Assembly: GCA_001784435.1 (NCBI GenBank)
Contig: MFQZ01000001.1
Span: forward strand, 220,742 to 284,741
DNA length: 64,000 nucleotides
From: Candidatus Magasanikbacteria bacterium RIFOXYC2_FULL_42_28
Lineage (GTDB): Bacteria; Patescibacteriota; Patescibacteriia; Magasanikbacterales; GWA2-37-8
Direction: 5' to 3'
A program made the translations under genes and the position numbers. A model generated the notes under the pieces. It was not told where the DNA came from. It was given only the letters and a program-made list of their open reading frames with translations, and made no database searches. This document shows, in pieces, positions 9,310 to 17,681 of the stretch (position 1 is its first letter; each line of letters opens with the position of its first letter).

Positions 9310-10452
9310 ATGGCTTTGACCGAAATTGAACAATTTAAACAGCTCGTTAGCGACAGCAAACATATTTTAATTGCCCTGCCGGCGCAAGCGGAAACGGACG
9401 CAACTGCGAGTGCTTTGGCTCTGCAATTATTTTTGACCGCTTCCCACAAGCAAGTTGACATTGTGTCGGCTGATTTTGTCATGCCAAAAAATTTAAAATT
9501 TTTAACCGGCGTGGAAAAAATTAAACCGGAATTGGAACATTTACAAAAATTTATTATTAAAGTGGATGTGTCCAAAGCAAAGATTGACTCCATCAGTTAT
9601 GATATCAAAGATAGTTGGCTTTCCATTTATTTAACCCCTCGCTCCGGCACCGTGGGCGCCTCGGATTTACGCACGGCTCAAACTACTTACCGCTATGATT
9701 TTGTAATTACTCTGGGCGCGCCCGACTTAGCGAGTTTGGGCGAGGTGTTTGCCAACAACACCGATTTATTTTATCGTTTGCCGATTATTAACATCGACAC
9801 GAACGCGGGTAACGAACGATTTGGAAAAATCAACTTCGTGGATTTGAGCGCCGCCGGCGTGGCCGAAATGCTTTTTAAATTATTACAACAAATTAATGAA
9901 CCGCAAATCACGGCCGAAATCGCGACCGCGCTTTTAACCGGCATTACCGCCGCGACGCACAGTTTTAAATCACCACATGTTTCGCCGTTGTCTTTAAAAC
10001 ACGCGAGCACGCTCGTGTCTATGGGCGCGGATCGGGAAAAAATTATCACTCATTTATACCGCACCAAAACTTTATCCGCGCTGAAAATGTGGGGGCAGGC
10101 CTTGGCGCATTTGAAATTTAATCCCGAATTAAAATTGGCCTCGGTGGTAATTACCCGCGATGATTTCACCCGTGCCGGCGCGCGCGCTGAAGAGTTGGCT
10201 GGTCTCGCTGAAGAATTAATTGGCAGTGCTCCCGAAGCGGAATTGACATTGTTAATGTATGAAGATCCGACTGATGGGGTAGTCAACGGCTTGCTTCACG
10301 CTAATTCTAAATATGATGCCAAACAATTGACCGCGGCCTTTGGAAGTGAAGGCAATAAAAAGCAGGCGCGGTTTATTTTGACCGGGGTGGATTTGGTGGG
10401 GGCGGAGGAGAAAGTGGTTGAGCAGCTGAAAAATTTAAATTCTAAATCTTAA
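9310..10452 (+). CDS. DHH/DHHA1-family (NrnA-like) phosphoesterase homolog with degenerate catalytic motifs.
   Basis: The overall layout resembles NrnA, but the DHH motif reads IDTNAGNERFG and motif I reads AETDATAS rather than PDGDALGS. The listed ORF starts at 9100 and overlaps valS. MALTEIEQFK at 9310 is the more plausible start. Confidence 0.5.
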   Translation: MALTEIEQFKQLVSDSKHILIALPAQAETDATASALALQLFLTASHKQVDIVSADFVMPKNLKFLTGVEKIKPELEHLQKFIIKVDVSKAKIDSISYDIKDSWLSIYLTPRSGTVGASDLRTAQTTYRYDFVITLGAPDLASLGEVFANNTDLFYRLPIINIDTNAGNERFGKINFVDLSAAGVAEMLFKLLQQINEPQITAEIATALLTGITAATHSFKSPHVSPLSLKHASTLVSMGADREKIITHLYRTKTLSALKMWGQALAHLKFNPELKLASVVITRDDFTRAGARAEELAGLAEELIGSAPEAELTLLMYEDPTDGVVNGLLHANSKYDAKQLTAAFGSEGNKKQARFILTGVDLVGAEEKVVEQLKNLNSKS

Positions 10453-10471
10453 GCAAATTAAAAAACTAACT

Positions 10472-10506
10472 TGTCATTCCGACGACGAAGGAGGAATCTC
10501 TGTCCA
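10472..10506. repeat. Short intergenic copy of the family B element (TGTCATTCCGACGACGAAGGAGGAATCTCTGTCC).
   Basis: Sequence identity to the intragenic copies. Confidence 0.8.
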
Positions 10507-10527
10507 TTAGTAATCCGAAAAATTAAT

Positions 10528-10566
10528 AATCCACCCCGACGTTACATCGGGGTGGATTTTTTGTGT
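10528..10566 (+). terminator. Rho-independent terminator after the DHH-family gene.
   Basis: ATCCACCCCGA-CGTTACA-TCGGGGTGGAT followed by TTTTTT. Confidence 0.8.
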
Positions 10567-10580
10567 TCCAATACATAGCC

Positions 10581-10609
10581 TTGACATTCATATATATATG
10601 TTAATAATA
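10581..10609 (+). promoter_or_regulatory. Sigma70-like promoter upstream of the GC-rich ORF.
   Basis: TTGACA (10581-10586), a 17-bp spacer, then ATAATA. Confidence 0.5.
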
Positions 10610-10616
10610 AGTGGTT

Positions 10617-10635
10617 GAGTCGGACAGTCTGACTC
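10617..10635. promoter_or_regulatory. 19-bp imperfect palindrome (GAGTCGGACAGTCTGACTC) between the promoter and the RBS, an operator-like site.
   Basis: Dyad symmetry GAGTC...GACTC around a central A. It lies just downstream of the -10 element. Confidence 0.35.
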
Positions 10636-10663
10636 GCAAAACAACCTACACGAGGAGGCAGTC

Positions 10664-10981
10664 GTGAAAATGACCCTTGGTCAAATCGCCACGGACAGAA
10701 AAAAGACAGTCGTCGTCGTTCCGATCGGAGATGGCAAAAACCTGTCTCTCGAAGACGAGGAGTGGCTGACACTGGGAGCATTCCCCGACGTCATCATCGA
10801 GATCGACTCAGAGCGGGCCTTGCCGCTCGAGGCCTATCTGGTCAACGCCGACCAGCGACACCTGCTCATCTGCCCGAAGCACGGCCACACCATCAAGACG
10901 GCTGACGGTAAGCCCTGCGAATACGAGAATGGCCAGCGCAAGCTGTCCATTCAACCTACCAACCTGTACGCGGACAGCTGA
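10664..10981 (+). CDS. Hypothetical 105-aa protein with compositionally foreign coding (GC3-rich).
   Basis: A GAGGAGG RBS at 10652-10658 precedes the GTG/ATG start. Codon usage is dominated by G/C-ending codons (CTG, GGC, GAC, ATC), unlike the neighbouring genes. No recognisable family. Confidence 0.55.
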   Translation: MKMTLGQIATDRKKTVVVVPIGDGKNLSLEDEEWLTLGAFPDVIIEIDSERALPLEAYLVNADQRHLLICPKHGHTIKTADGKPCEYENGQRKLSIQPTNLYADS

Positions 10982-11110
10982 ACTACACGCGACTCCTGCC
11001 AGAACCCCCAGGGCCTGCACATCGTTCTTTCCCACCTTCACATCCCAGGCCCGCCCATTCTTTACAATAAAAATTGCAAAGAGTGATAATCCTGGAATGT
11101 GAATAAGTTT

Positions 11111-11146
11111 AAAAAAACGCTGTCAATTTTGACGGCGTTTTTTTGG
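11111..11146 (+). terminator. Rho-independent terminator downstream of the GC-rich ORF.
   Basis: AAAAAAACGCTGTCAA-TT-TTGACGGCGTTTTTTT. The stem has one G-U pair. It is flanked by A and T runs. Confidence 0.7.
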
Positions 11147-11218
11147 GGGAAATTTTGAAATTTTAAATTTGTTTAGAATCAGGAACAATCAGTTATCCAC
11201 AGCTTAATTGATTAAACA

Positions 11219-11247
11219 TTGACAAAATGCACTTTTTTAGGTATAAT
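11219..11247 (+). promoter_or_regulatory. Near-consensus sigma70 promoter.
   Basis: TTGACA (11219-11224), a 17-bp spacer, then TATAAT (11242-11247). Confidence 0.65.
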
Positions 11248-11253
11248 ACATGT

Positions 11254-11322
11254 GTAAGTTGGAAACAGCTTACAAACAAATCGTTGGCTTGAGGGTCCCC
11301 AAAGGATCCTTTTGGCTTTTTA
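11254..11322 (+). ncRNA. Candidate small RNA of about 65-70 nt, bracketed by a consensus promoter and a terminator hairpin.
   Basis: The TSS is predicted about 7 nt after the -10. The hairpin CCCCAAAGGATCCTTTTGG at 11297-11315 is followed by CTTTTT. The only plus-strand ORF here (68 aa) overlaps the convergent NYN gene and looks spurious. Confidence 0.4.
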
Positions 11323-11353
11323 TAATAGCAACTAACCTAATTTTCGGGCATCC

Positions 11354-12121
11354 TTATAATAATTTATTCTTAAAATCGGCCGTAATTTCAGAAGATAATT
11401 CTTTAGAACGACAAATAAACTCTTTAATTTTCCGAATATCAAAAATACCCGCTTGACTTTGACCAAGCTCAACTGACACTCTCCTTGCGACCGCAAAAAT
11501 CATCACCTTCTTATTGTCATCTACCAACTGTTGGATTGGATCGGCAAAATCGCTATCCCCACTCCACAATATAAAATTATCAATATCGCCTTGGCTGTAA
11601 TCCAAAAGCATATCACGACCAATCTCAACGTCAAAATTACACTTCAACACTTTAAGTGCTTTGACACCACCGCGATTCATTTCCAGCAATTTAGAATTTA
11701 AAAATTCAATTGTCTCAACATCTAATTTATACAGAAACGGTTTAGCAATAAAATTGGCAATTACCGTCGGCGACCCAGGATCAATACCGGATACATCAAT
11801 TGACCAATTCATTACTTTAACCGGCTTCGTCTTTACTTCATAGCCGCAATCCGTGGCTGTTTTTGTATATACATTTTCTAACGGATCATTTTCCAACGTA
11901 CCATAATAAAATTTTACAATTTTTACCATCTCAAAAGAATCAAGTAGTTGCTTTAATCTTTTTAAATCAATGTGCCACCCTAACTTTTTTTGCCAATGTT
12001 TAACGTTAGCAAAATCAATATAAACATTAGTGGGCTTATCAAAAATCGCATCTAACTGTCTAATAATATCCGAAAATTTTTTAGCCAATTCAGCCACACG
12101 CGGCGTTTTTGGTTTGAACAT
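11354..12121 (-). CDS. NYN-domain protein carrying an N-terminal extension domain.
   Basis: VYIDFANV...FILWSGDSDFADPIQQLV are NYN/LabA-like motifs. Confidence 0.6.
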   Translation of the reverse strand: MFKPKTPRVAELAKKFSDIIRQLDAIFDKPTNVYIDFANVKHWQKKLGWHIDLKRLKQLLDSFEMVKIVKFYYGTLENDPLENVYTKTATDCGYEVKTKPVKVMNWSIDVSGIDPGSPTVIANFIAKPFLYKLDVETIEFLNSKLLEMNRGGVKALKVLKCNFDVEIGRDMLLDYSQGDIDNFILWSGDSDFADPIQQLVDDNKKVMIFAVARRVSVELGQSQAGIFDIRKIKEFICRSKELSSEITADFKNKLL

Positions 12122-12138
12122 AAAAAAATGACAGAATT

Positions 12139-13731
12139 TTATATCAACGGCACACCGGTCATTTCAGACGGCTTCTCCACTTCCATCAATTTCAAAACTG
12201 TCGGCGCGATATCAGCCAACACCCCGACCGGATGCATTAAGGACAAATCCCCTTCGGGCGGATCACCGGCCGGGCCGGCTTGGCCTTGAAAATCTTTGCC
12301 GATTATTAAAAGTGGCACCGGATTAGTGGTGTGCTCTTTATCAATTTCGCCGGTTTGTAAATTGATGGTTTCTTCGGCATTGCCATGATCGGCGGTCATA
12401 AGCATTACTCCGCCGGCGGCCAAAGTGTGTTCCACAATTTCACCCAACGCCTTGTCGGCGGCTTCACACCCCTTGATGGTCGCGTTCACGTCGCCGGTGT
12501 GCCCGACCATATCGGGGTTGGCCAAATTAACAATTACCAAATCATATTTTCCGCTATCAATCGCTTTGGACGCTTCTTTGGCCACGCCCGCGGCTGACAT
12601 CTGGGGCTCTTCGTTATAACTGGACACTTGCGGAGAAGGGATAAGCGAACGCTCTTCGCCCGGAAACGGATCTTCCACCGCGCCATTTAAAAAGTAAGTA
12701 ACATGCGCGTATTTTTCCGTTTCGGCCACATGAAATTGGGTCTTGCTTGCCTTACTAACTGTTTCAGCTAAACTGTTAATCACCACGACCGGTGGAAACG
12801 CTACACCAGACACAGGTAAATCTTTTTCATATTCAGTCATGGATACAAACCGCAAATCCCGCAAATATGGCCGATCAAATTTATCAAAACCGGGCAGGAC
12901 AAACGCCTTGGTTAATTGCCGACCGCGGTCAGGCCGAAAATTAAAAAATATCGCGCTATCCCCTTCTTTAAAAATTCCAATCGGTTCGCCTTTTTTGGTG
13001 ATGACTGTAGGAATGAATTCCTCATCATAAACTTTTTTCGCGTAAGAATCAGTAACGGCTTTAAGCGCGTCTTCGGCCGTTTGTTTGCTTTCGCCCAACG
13101 CCATCGCGCGATAGGCCTTTTCCACTCTGTCCCAACGGTTATCGCGGTCCATCGCATAATACCGGCCACAGACAGACGCGATTTTCCCAACTTTTAAACT
13201 ATTCATTTTATCTTGTAACCGACGCACAAAATCCGCGCCGGAATTATAAGGCGCATCGCGGCCGTCTAAAATTACGTGAATAAAAACATGATTTTTTAAA
13301 GTGGTGGAAATTTTTTGCTGACGGCATAAATCCAACAGCGCGTAGAGGTGGCTTTCGGCCGCGTGAATATTGCCGGCGGACAGTAATCCAATTAAATGCA
13401 AATCAGATTTTTTTTCTTTAACTTGATTTAAGGCGCGCGTAAAAGCGGTGTTGGTAAAAAAAGTGCCATCGGCAATGGTTTGGTTAATGCGCGGACAGGA
13501 TTGATAATACACTCGGCCAGCACCGATATTTAAATGCCCTACTTCGGAATTGCCCATTTCGCCAAACATAAGACCAACCTCATTGCCAGACGCAAACAAA
13601 GTCATCGCCGGATATTCTTTAATATACTTATTAAAGTTTTTCATCTGGGCGCGCGTAACCGCGTTGCCTTCTCCAGGTGGAGCAACGCCGAGGCCGTCGA
13701 AAATTGTGAGGACTACGGGTTTATAGGACAT
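12139..13731 (-). CDS. gpmI: 2,3-bisphosphoglycerate-independent phosphoglycerate mutase.
   Basis: VLTIFDGLGV...GNSEVGHLNIGAGRV (catalytic Ser region), in 530 aa. Confidence 0.9.
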   Translation of the reverse strand: MSYKPVVLTIFDGLGVAPPGEGNAVTRAQMKNFNKYIKEYPAMTLFASGNEVGLMFGEMGNSEVGHLNIGAGRVYYQSCPRINQTIADGTFFTNTAFTRALNQVKEKKSDLHLIGLLSAGNIHAAESHLYALLDLCRQQKISTTLKNHVFIHVILDGRDAPYNSGADFVRRLQDKMNSLKVGKIASVCGRYYAMDRDNRWDRVEKAYRAMALGESKQTAEDALKAVTDSYAKKVYDEEFIPTVITKKGEPIGIFKEGDSAIFFNFRPDRGRQLTKAFVLPGFDKFDRPYLRDLRFVSMTEYEKDLPVSGVAFPPVVVINSLAETVSKASKTQFHVAETEKYAHVTYFLNGAVEDPFPGEERSLIPSPQVSSYNEEPQMSAAGVAKEASKAIDSGKYDLVIVNLANPDMVGHTGDVNATIKGCEAADKALGEIVEHTLAAGGVMLMTADHGNAEETINLQTGEIDKEHTTNPVPLLIIGKDFQGQAGPAGDPPEGDLSLMHPVGVLADIAPTVLKLMEVEKPSEMTGVPLI

Positions 13732-13740
13732 AGTGTTATC

Positions 13741-13860
13741 AAATTCTAAACTCTAAATACTAAATTCTAAACAATTTCAAAATTCAAAATTCAAAAAGCT
13801 TAAAATTTAAATTTGGAACATTAGGGTTTATTTAGAATTTAGGGTTTAGTATTTAGAGCT
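13741..13860. repeat. AT-rich palindromic intergenic repeat (TCTAAACTCTAAATACTAAA ... TTTAGGGTTTAGTATTTAGAGC).
   Basis: A long inverted repeat sits between the two iPGM genes. The same motif family is at 36590-36717 and 58478-58527. Confidence 0.75.
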
Positions 13861-15428
13861 TAATACAATGGTCTTCCCGTCATCTCCTTCGCTTTCGCAA
13901 TATTCATCATTTTTAAAAGTGTCGGTGCCACATCAGCCAAAATGCCGTTTCTTAGGCGCTTCGCTTTTCCACCAATTAAAATACATGGCACCGGACTAAA
14001 AGTATGTTCATTCATTTTTTCTTTGGTTTTGTGATTGATCATTACTTCGGCATTGCCATGATCGGCGACGATTAACGCCTGGCCGTGAATTTCCTTCAAA
14101 GTATTAATAATTTTTTTAACGGCCACGTCCATAGTCGCAATCCCTTTTTTGGCCGCGGCTAAATTGCCAGTGTGGCCCAACATGTCGGCGTTGGGGAAAT
14201 TTACGCAGATAAAATTATATTTCCCGGTTTTAAAATAATGGGAAATTTTTTGCGCCAATTGGGGCGCGTGCATTTGGGGTTTTTGCGCGTAAGAATGAAT
14301 TTTGTCCGAATGAATTAATTCGCGCTGTTCACCATTTAAGGCGTCAGGGTACCCGCCGTTGATAAAGTAAGTAACATGCGCGTATTTTTCCGTTTCCGAA
14401 ATATATAATTGTTTATAATGACCATCGATTACCGCCGGCAAACAATTTTTAATGTCTTCGGAGGGGAACGCTGTCAAAACATTGGGCAAGTCCGGTCCAA
14501 AATCCGTCATGGCCACAAAGCGAATATCTTTCGGAACATGGCAACGCGTGAATGACCCGGGATTTTTTTTATTAAAATCGGGCTGGACAAAGGATTTGGT
14601 AATTTGACGAGCGCGATCACTCCGAGCGTTGAAAAAGAAAATCACGTCATTGTCTTGGACTTTTGTCACTGGATGACCATGTTCGGTAATTACCGTCGGG
14701 GTAATATATTCATCGGTTTCGCCCCGGTTATACGCCTGAGCTATTGCGTCTTCGGCCGACACGGCTGTGTTGCCAACACAACCCACCAGCGCGTCGTGCG
14801 CTAATTTTATCCGTTCCCAAATTTTATTCCGATCCATGGCATAAAATCGCCCCATCACCGTGGCAATTTTTTCTGCGCCTTGCATTTTAGCGCGCAATGC
14901 AACTAAATATTTAGCGGCGGCATGCGGAGGAGAATCGCGGCCATCGGTAAATAAATGTAAATAAACTTTTTTCTGTTCTTCTCGGCGGAATAATTCCAAT
15001 AAAGCGTAAAGGTGTTCAGGATACGAATGCGCGCTCGCCCCGTCGGTCAACATCCCCATCACATGCACGGCGCTGTTATATTTTTTAGCGTGATACAACG
15101 CCTGTTTAAAAGCGGTATTTTTAAAGAATGTTCCATCGTGAATGGCTTCAGAAATTATTACTAAATCCTGTTTGACAATCCGACCGGCGCCGATGTTTAA
15201 ATGCCCGGCTTCGGAATTTCCTACTTGCTTCGGAAATAAACCGGCATATTGGCCGTAAGTTTTTAAAGTGGAATGAGGATATTTTTTAAAATATGAAAAG
15301 AGATTGGGCGCAGTCGCGGATGTAATCGCGTTGCCCGGATCGTCTTTTTTTCCAAACCCAAAACCATCCAAGATTATGAGGGCGGTTGATGGACGGATTA
15401 TTTTAGATTTAGAGTTAATTTTAATCAT
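13860..15428 (-). CDS. Second iPGM-family paralog (cofactor-independent phosphoglycerate mutase or a related phosphomutase).
   Basis: ALIILDGFGFG...GNSEAGHLNIGAGRIV. The listed ORF extends to 15494 by translating the upstream repeat. MIKINSKS at 15428 is the more likely start. Confidence 0.8.
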   Translation of the reverse strand: MIKINSKSKIIRPSTALIILDGFGFGKKDDPGNAITSATAPNLFSYFKKYPHSTLKTYGQYAGLFPKQVGNSEAGHLNIGAGRIVKQDLVIISEAIHDGTFFKNTAFKQALYHAKKYNSAVHVMGMLTDGASAHSYPEHLYALLELFRREEQKKVYLHLFTDGRDSPPHAAAKYLVALRAKMQGAEKIATVMGRFYAMDRNKIWERIKLAHDALVGCVGNTAVSAEDAIAQAYNRGETDEYITPTVITEHGHPVTKVQDNDVIFFFNARSDRARQITKSFVQPDFNKKNPGSFTRCHVPKDIRFVAMTDFGPDLPNVLTAFPSEDIKNCLPAVIDGHYKQLYISETEKYAHVTYFINGGYPDALNGEQRELIHSDKIHSYAQKPQMHAPQLAQKISHYFKTGKYNFICVNFPNADMLGHTGNLAAAKKGIATMDVAVKKIINTLKEIHGQALIVADHGNAEVMINHKTKEKMNEHTFSPVPCILIGGKAKRLRNGILADVAPTLLKMMNIAKAKEMTGRPLY

Positions 15429-15429
15429 A

Positions 15430-15470
15430 CTATTTGACATTGGAAATTGGAAATTTGACATTTCGCACAC
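15430..15470. repeat. Family E repeat (TTTGACATTGGAAATTGGAAATTTGACATTTCGC).
   Basis: Copies at 18850-18900, 45133-45180, 53080-53140 and 61081-61200, all at gene 5' ends or inside uvrA. Confidence 0.8.
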
Positions 15471-15471
15471 C

Positions 15472-16716
15472 TTATCTTCCCAACTCCAATTCAATTTCCA
15501 TCAACCGATTATACTTTTCCGTGCGCTCGGAACGCGAAATTGATGTTTTAATAAATTCAGCGTTGACGGCTACTGCTAAATCAGCAATAAAAGTATCGGA
15601 CGTCTCGCCACCGCGATGCGAAATAGTAACCTGATAGCCACTGTTTTTAACCAGCTGAATTGCCACCATAGTTTCGGTTACCGTGCCGATTTGATTCGGT
15701 TTGATAAGTACCGCGTTGGCAATTTTTTCTTTAACACCACGCGTGATCCGCTCGACATTAGTCACAAACAAATCATCGCCAATAAGTGAAACTTTACCAC
15801 CCAATTCTTTAGTTAAAATTTTCCAATTTTCCCAATCATCTTCGGCCAAACCGTCTTCAATGGAAAATAAGGGATATTTTTTCACCCATTGCTTAAAGGT
15901 CTCAATCATTTTCGCCGCGCGCCACGGTTGTTTTTTACTGATGAAATAATAATTGCCCTTGCTATACAATTCCGAAGCGGCCACATCTACCCCCAAAAAA
16001 ACCTGCTTACCCGGTTCCCAACCGGCGGATTTAATCGCTTCAATCATAATTTGCAAAGCGCGTTCGTTGCTGGACAATTCAGCCGCATAGCCACCCTCAT
16101 CACCCACGGAAGTATGATAACCCTTGCGCGCGAGCAAAGTGCCAAGAGCATGAAAAATTTGCGAGCCCATGCGCACGCGTTCACTGAAAATTTTATTGCG
16201 GGGAATAATTAAAAATTCCTGAATTGTCAACCCGCTGTCCGCGTGCCGGCCACCTTCAATTACCATCATCATGGGTACGGGCAAACGATATTCTTTTTCT
16301 TTTATGCCATAAACTTTGCGCAAATAGATATAAAGCGGCAAACGAGCGGCAGACGCACCCGCGCGCGCGAGCGCGAGTGAAACCGCCAAAGTAGCGTTGG
16401 CCCCTAGATTGGATTTATTTTTAGTGCCATCAAGTGTAATTAACATTTGGTCCAAAGCCGGCAAATCTTCCACTTCAAAACCGACTAATTTTTTAGCAAT
16501 TATGGTATTAACATTTTTCACCGCGCGCAATACTCCTTGCCCGCCATAGCGCTTGCCCCCATCGCGCAATTCCCGCGCTTCATGAACACCGGTCGAAACG
16601 CCGGATGGAACTTTGGCCACGGCCATAAGCCCATTTTCCAAAATAACTTTCGCCTCCACGGTCGGATTACCGCGTGAGTCCAAAATTTCGCGAGCGGTGA
16701 TTTGTTTGATTTTCAT
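15472..16716 (-). CDS. eno: Enolase.
   Basis: MKIKQITAREILDSRGNPTVEAKV N-terminus and full enolase architecture. Confidence 0.95.
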   Translation of the reverse strand: MKIKQITAREILDSRGNPTVEAKVILENGLMAVAKVPSGVSTGVHEARELRDGGKRYGGQGVLRAVKNVNTIIAKKLVGFEVEDLPALDQMLITLDGTKNKSNLGANATLAVSLALARAGASAARLPLYIYLRKVYGIKEKEYRLPVPMMMVIEGGRHADSGLTIQEFLIIPRNKIFSERVRMGSQIFHALGTLLARKGYHTSVGDEGGYAAELSSNERALQIMIEAIKSAGWEPGKQVFLGVDVAASELYSKGNYYFISKKQPWRAAKMIETFKQWVKKYPLFSIEDGLAEDDWENWKILTKELGGKVSLIGDDLFVTNVERITRGVKEKIANAVLIKPNQIGTVTETMVAIQLVKNSGYQVTISHRGGETSDTFIADLAVAVNAEFIKTSISRSERTEKYNRLMEIELELGR

Positions 16717-16764
16717 AGAATAATTAAAAAAGTATCAACAATATTATACCATAATCTCGCCAAA

Positions 16765-16795
16765 TAAAAAAGAGCGCCTTCGACGCCCTTTTTTG
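16765..16795 (-). terminator. Probable rho-independent terminator after the SIMPL-domain gene.
   Basis: AAAAAAGAGCGCCTTCGACGCCCTTTTTTG: a short GC stem flanked by A6 and T6 runs. Confidence 0.45.
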
Positions 16796-16803
16796 ACTGA
16801 TAA

Positions 16804-17634
16804 CTACTGTAAAATCTCGTAGGTAATGCTCACATTCATCGCCACATCTTGACTGCCAGAGGCCACCCCCGGCTCGCCGCCGCCTTTTTCCGCGCCCATC
16901 ATGCTATACACCGGATATGGCCCGGGTGACGCGTCCCACTCTGAAAAACTAATCACTCCACCCAAGCGTACTCCCAAAGCGACCGCCATTTGACCAGCTT
17001 TTATTTGGGCATCTTCTAACGCCTTTTTGCGCGCCTCATTTTTTAAATTTTCCGGGTCATCAATGGTAAAATTTAAGCCCGAAACTTCTGTCGCGCCGTA
17101 TTTGCCAGCCAACCCCAACACCGCGCTCACTTTGCTTAAATCGCGAATTTTAACAGTGAGTTGATTGGAAACGCGATACCCTTGCAACACCTGGCCTTTT
17201 TCTTCAGTATAATTATAATCGGGATAAATCGTATAATTGCTTTGCAAATCTTTATCAGCCACGCCCATAGTTTGTAAGTCCGCCAAAATTTGATCCATTA
17301 CTTTTTTATTTTCCGCCTGCGCTTTAGAAACATCTTTGTCAGTGTTAGAGTGGCCAATCGTGGTAACAGCGATATCATTACTGCCACTCACTTTGCCATA
17401 ACCATTAATCGCGATTTGGCGTTCAAATTTATCGGCCTTGCCAATAAAATCATACTGCTTAATGTTATTACGAATAGTCGTGCCCAGCCAAAAAATCGCG
17501 TAGACCAATAGTACGCCAGCAAAAGTCCACAGCACTTTTTTGCCAAAATCCGCGCCCCAGCAACCGCCGCAGGCCTTATCGGCATTGACGGCGCAGCAAT
17601 TTTCTTTTACTTCTTTGACAAAATTATTTGCCAT
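16804..17634 (-). CDS. SIMPL (DUF541) domain protein with an N-terminal membrane anchor.
   Basis: The region LTVKIRDLSKVSAVLGLAGKYGATEVSGLNFTIDDPENLKNEARKKALEDAQIKAG matches SIMPL-family proteins (compare the 26-kDa periplasmic immunogenic protein). Confidence 0.65.
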   Translation of the reverse strand: MANNFVKEVKENCCAVNADKACGGCWGADFGKKVLWTFAGVLLVYAIFWLGTTIRNNIKQYDFIGKADKFERQIAINGYGKVSGSNDIAVTTIGHSNTDKDVSKAQAENKKVMDQILADLQTMGVADKDLQSNYTIYPDYNYTEEKGQVLQGYRVSNQLTVKIRDLSKVSAVLGLAGKYGATEVSGLNFTIDDPENLKNEARKKALEDAQIKAGQMAVALGVRLGGVISFSEWDASPGPYPVYSMMGAEKGGGEPGVASGSQDVAMNVSITYEILQ

Positions 17635-17681
17635 ATGATTATAGATTATCCCGCCTACGGGATCCCGCTTGGCGGGAAAAA

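Noticed and set aside
10542-11041. Minus-strand ORFs 10542..10781 and 10808..11041.
   Set aside because: They are typical antisense open frames in a GC-rich segment. The plus-strand ORF has an RBS and start context, and these do not.
11250-11456. 68-aa plus-strand ORF downstream of the consensus promoter.
   Set aside because: It overlaps the 3' end of the convergent NYN gene and contains the terminator hairpin. It fits better as a noncoding transcript.
15429-15494. N-terminal extension of the second iPGM (MNWSWEDKVCEMSNFQFPMSNS) overlapping the eno stop.
   Set aside because: It is a translation of the family E repeat. The homologous start aligns with MIKINSKS.
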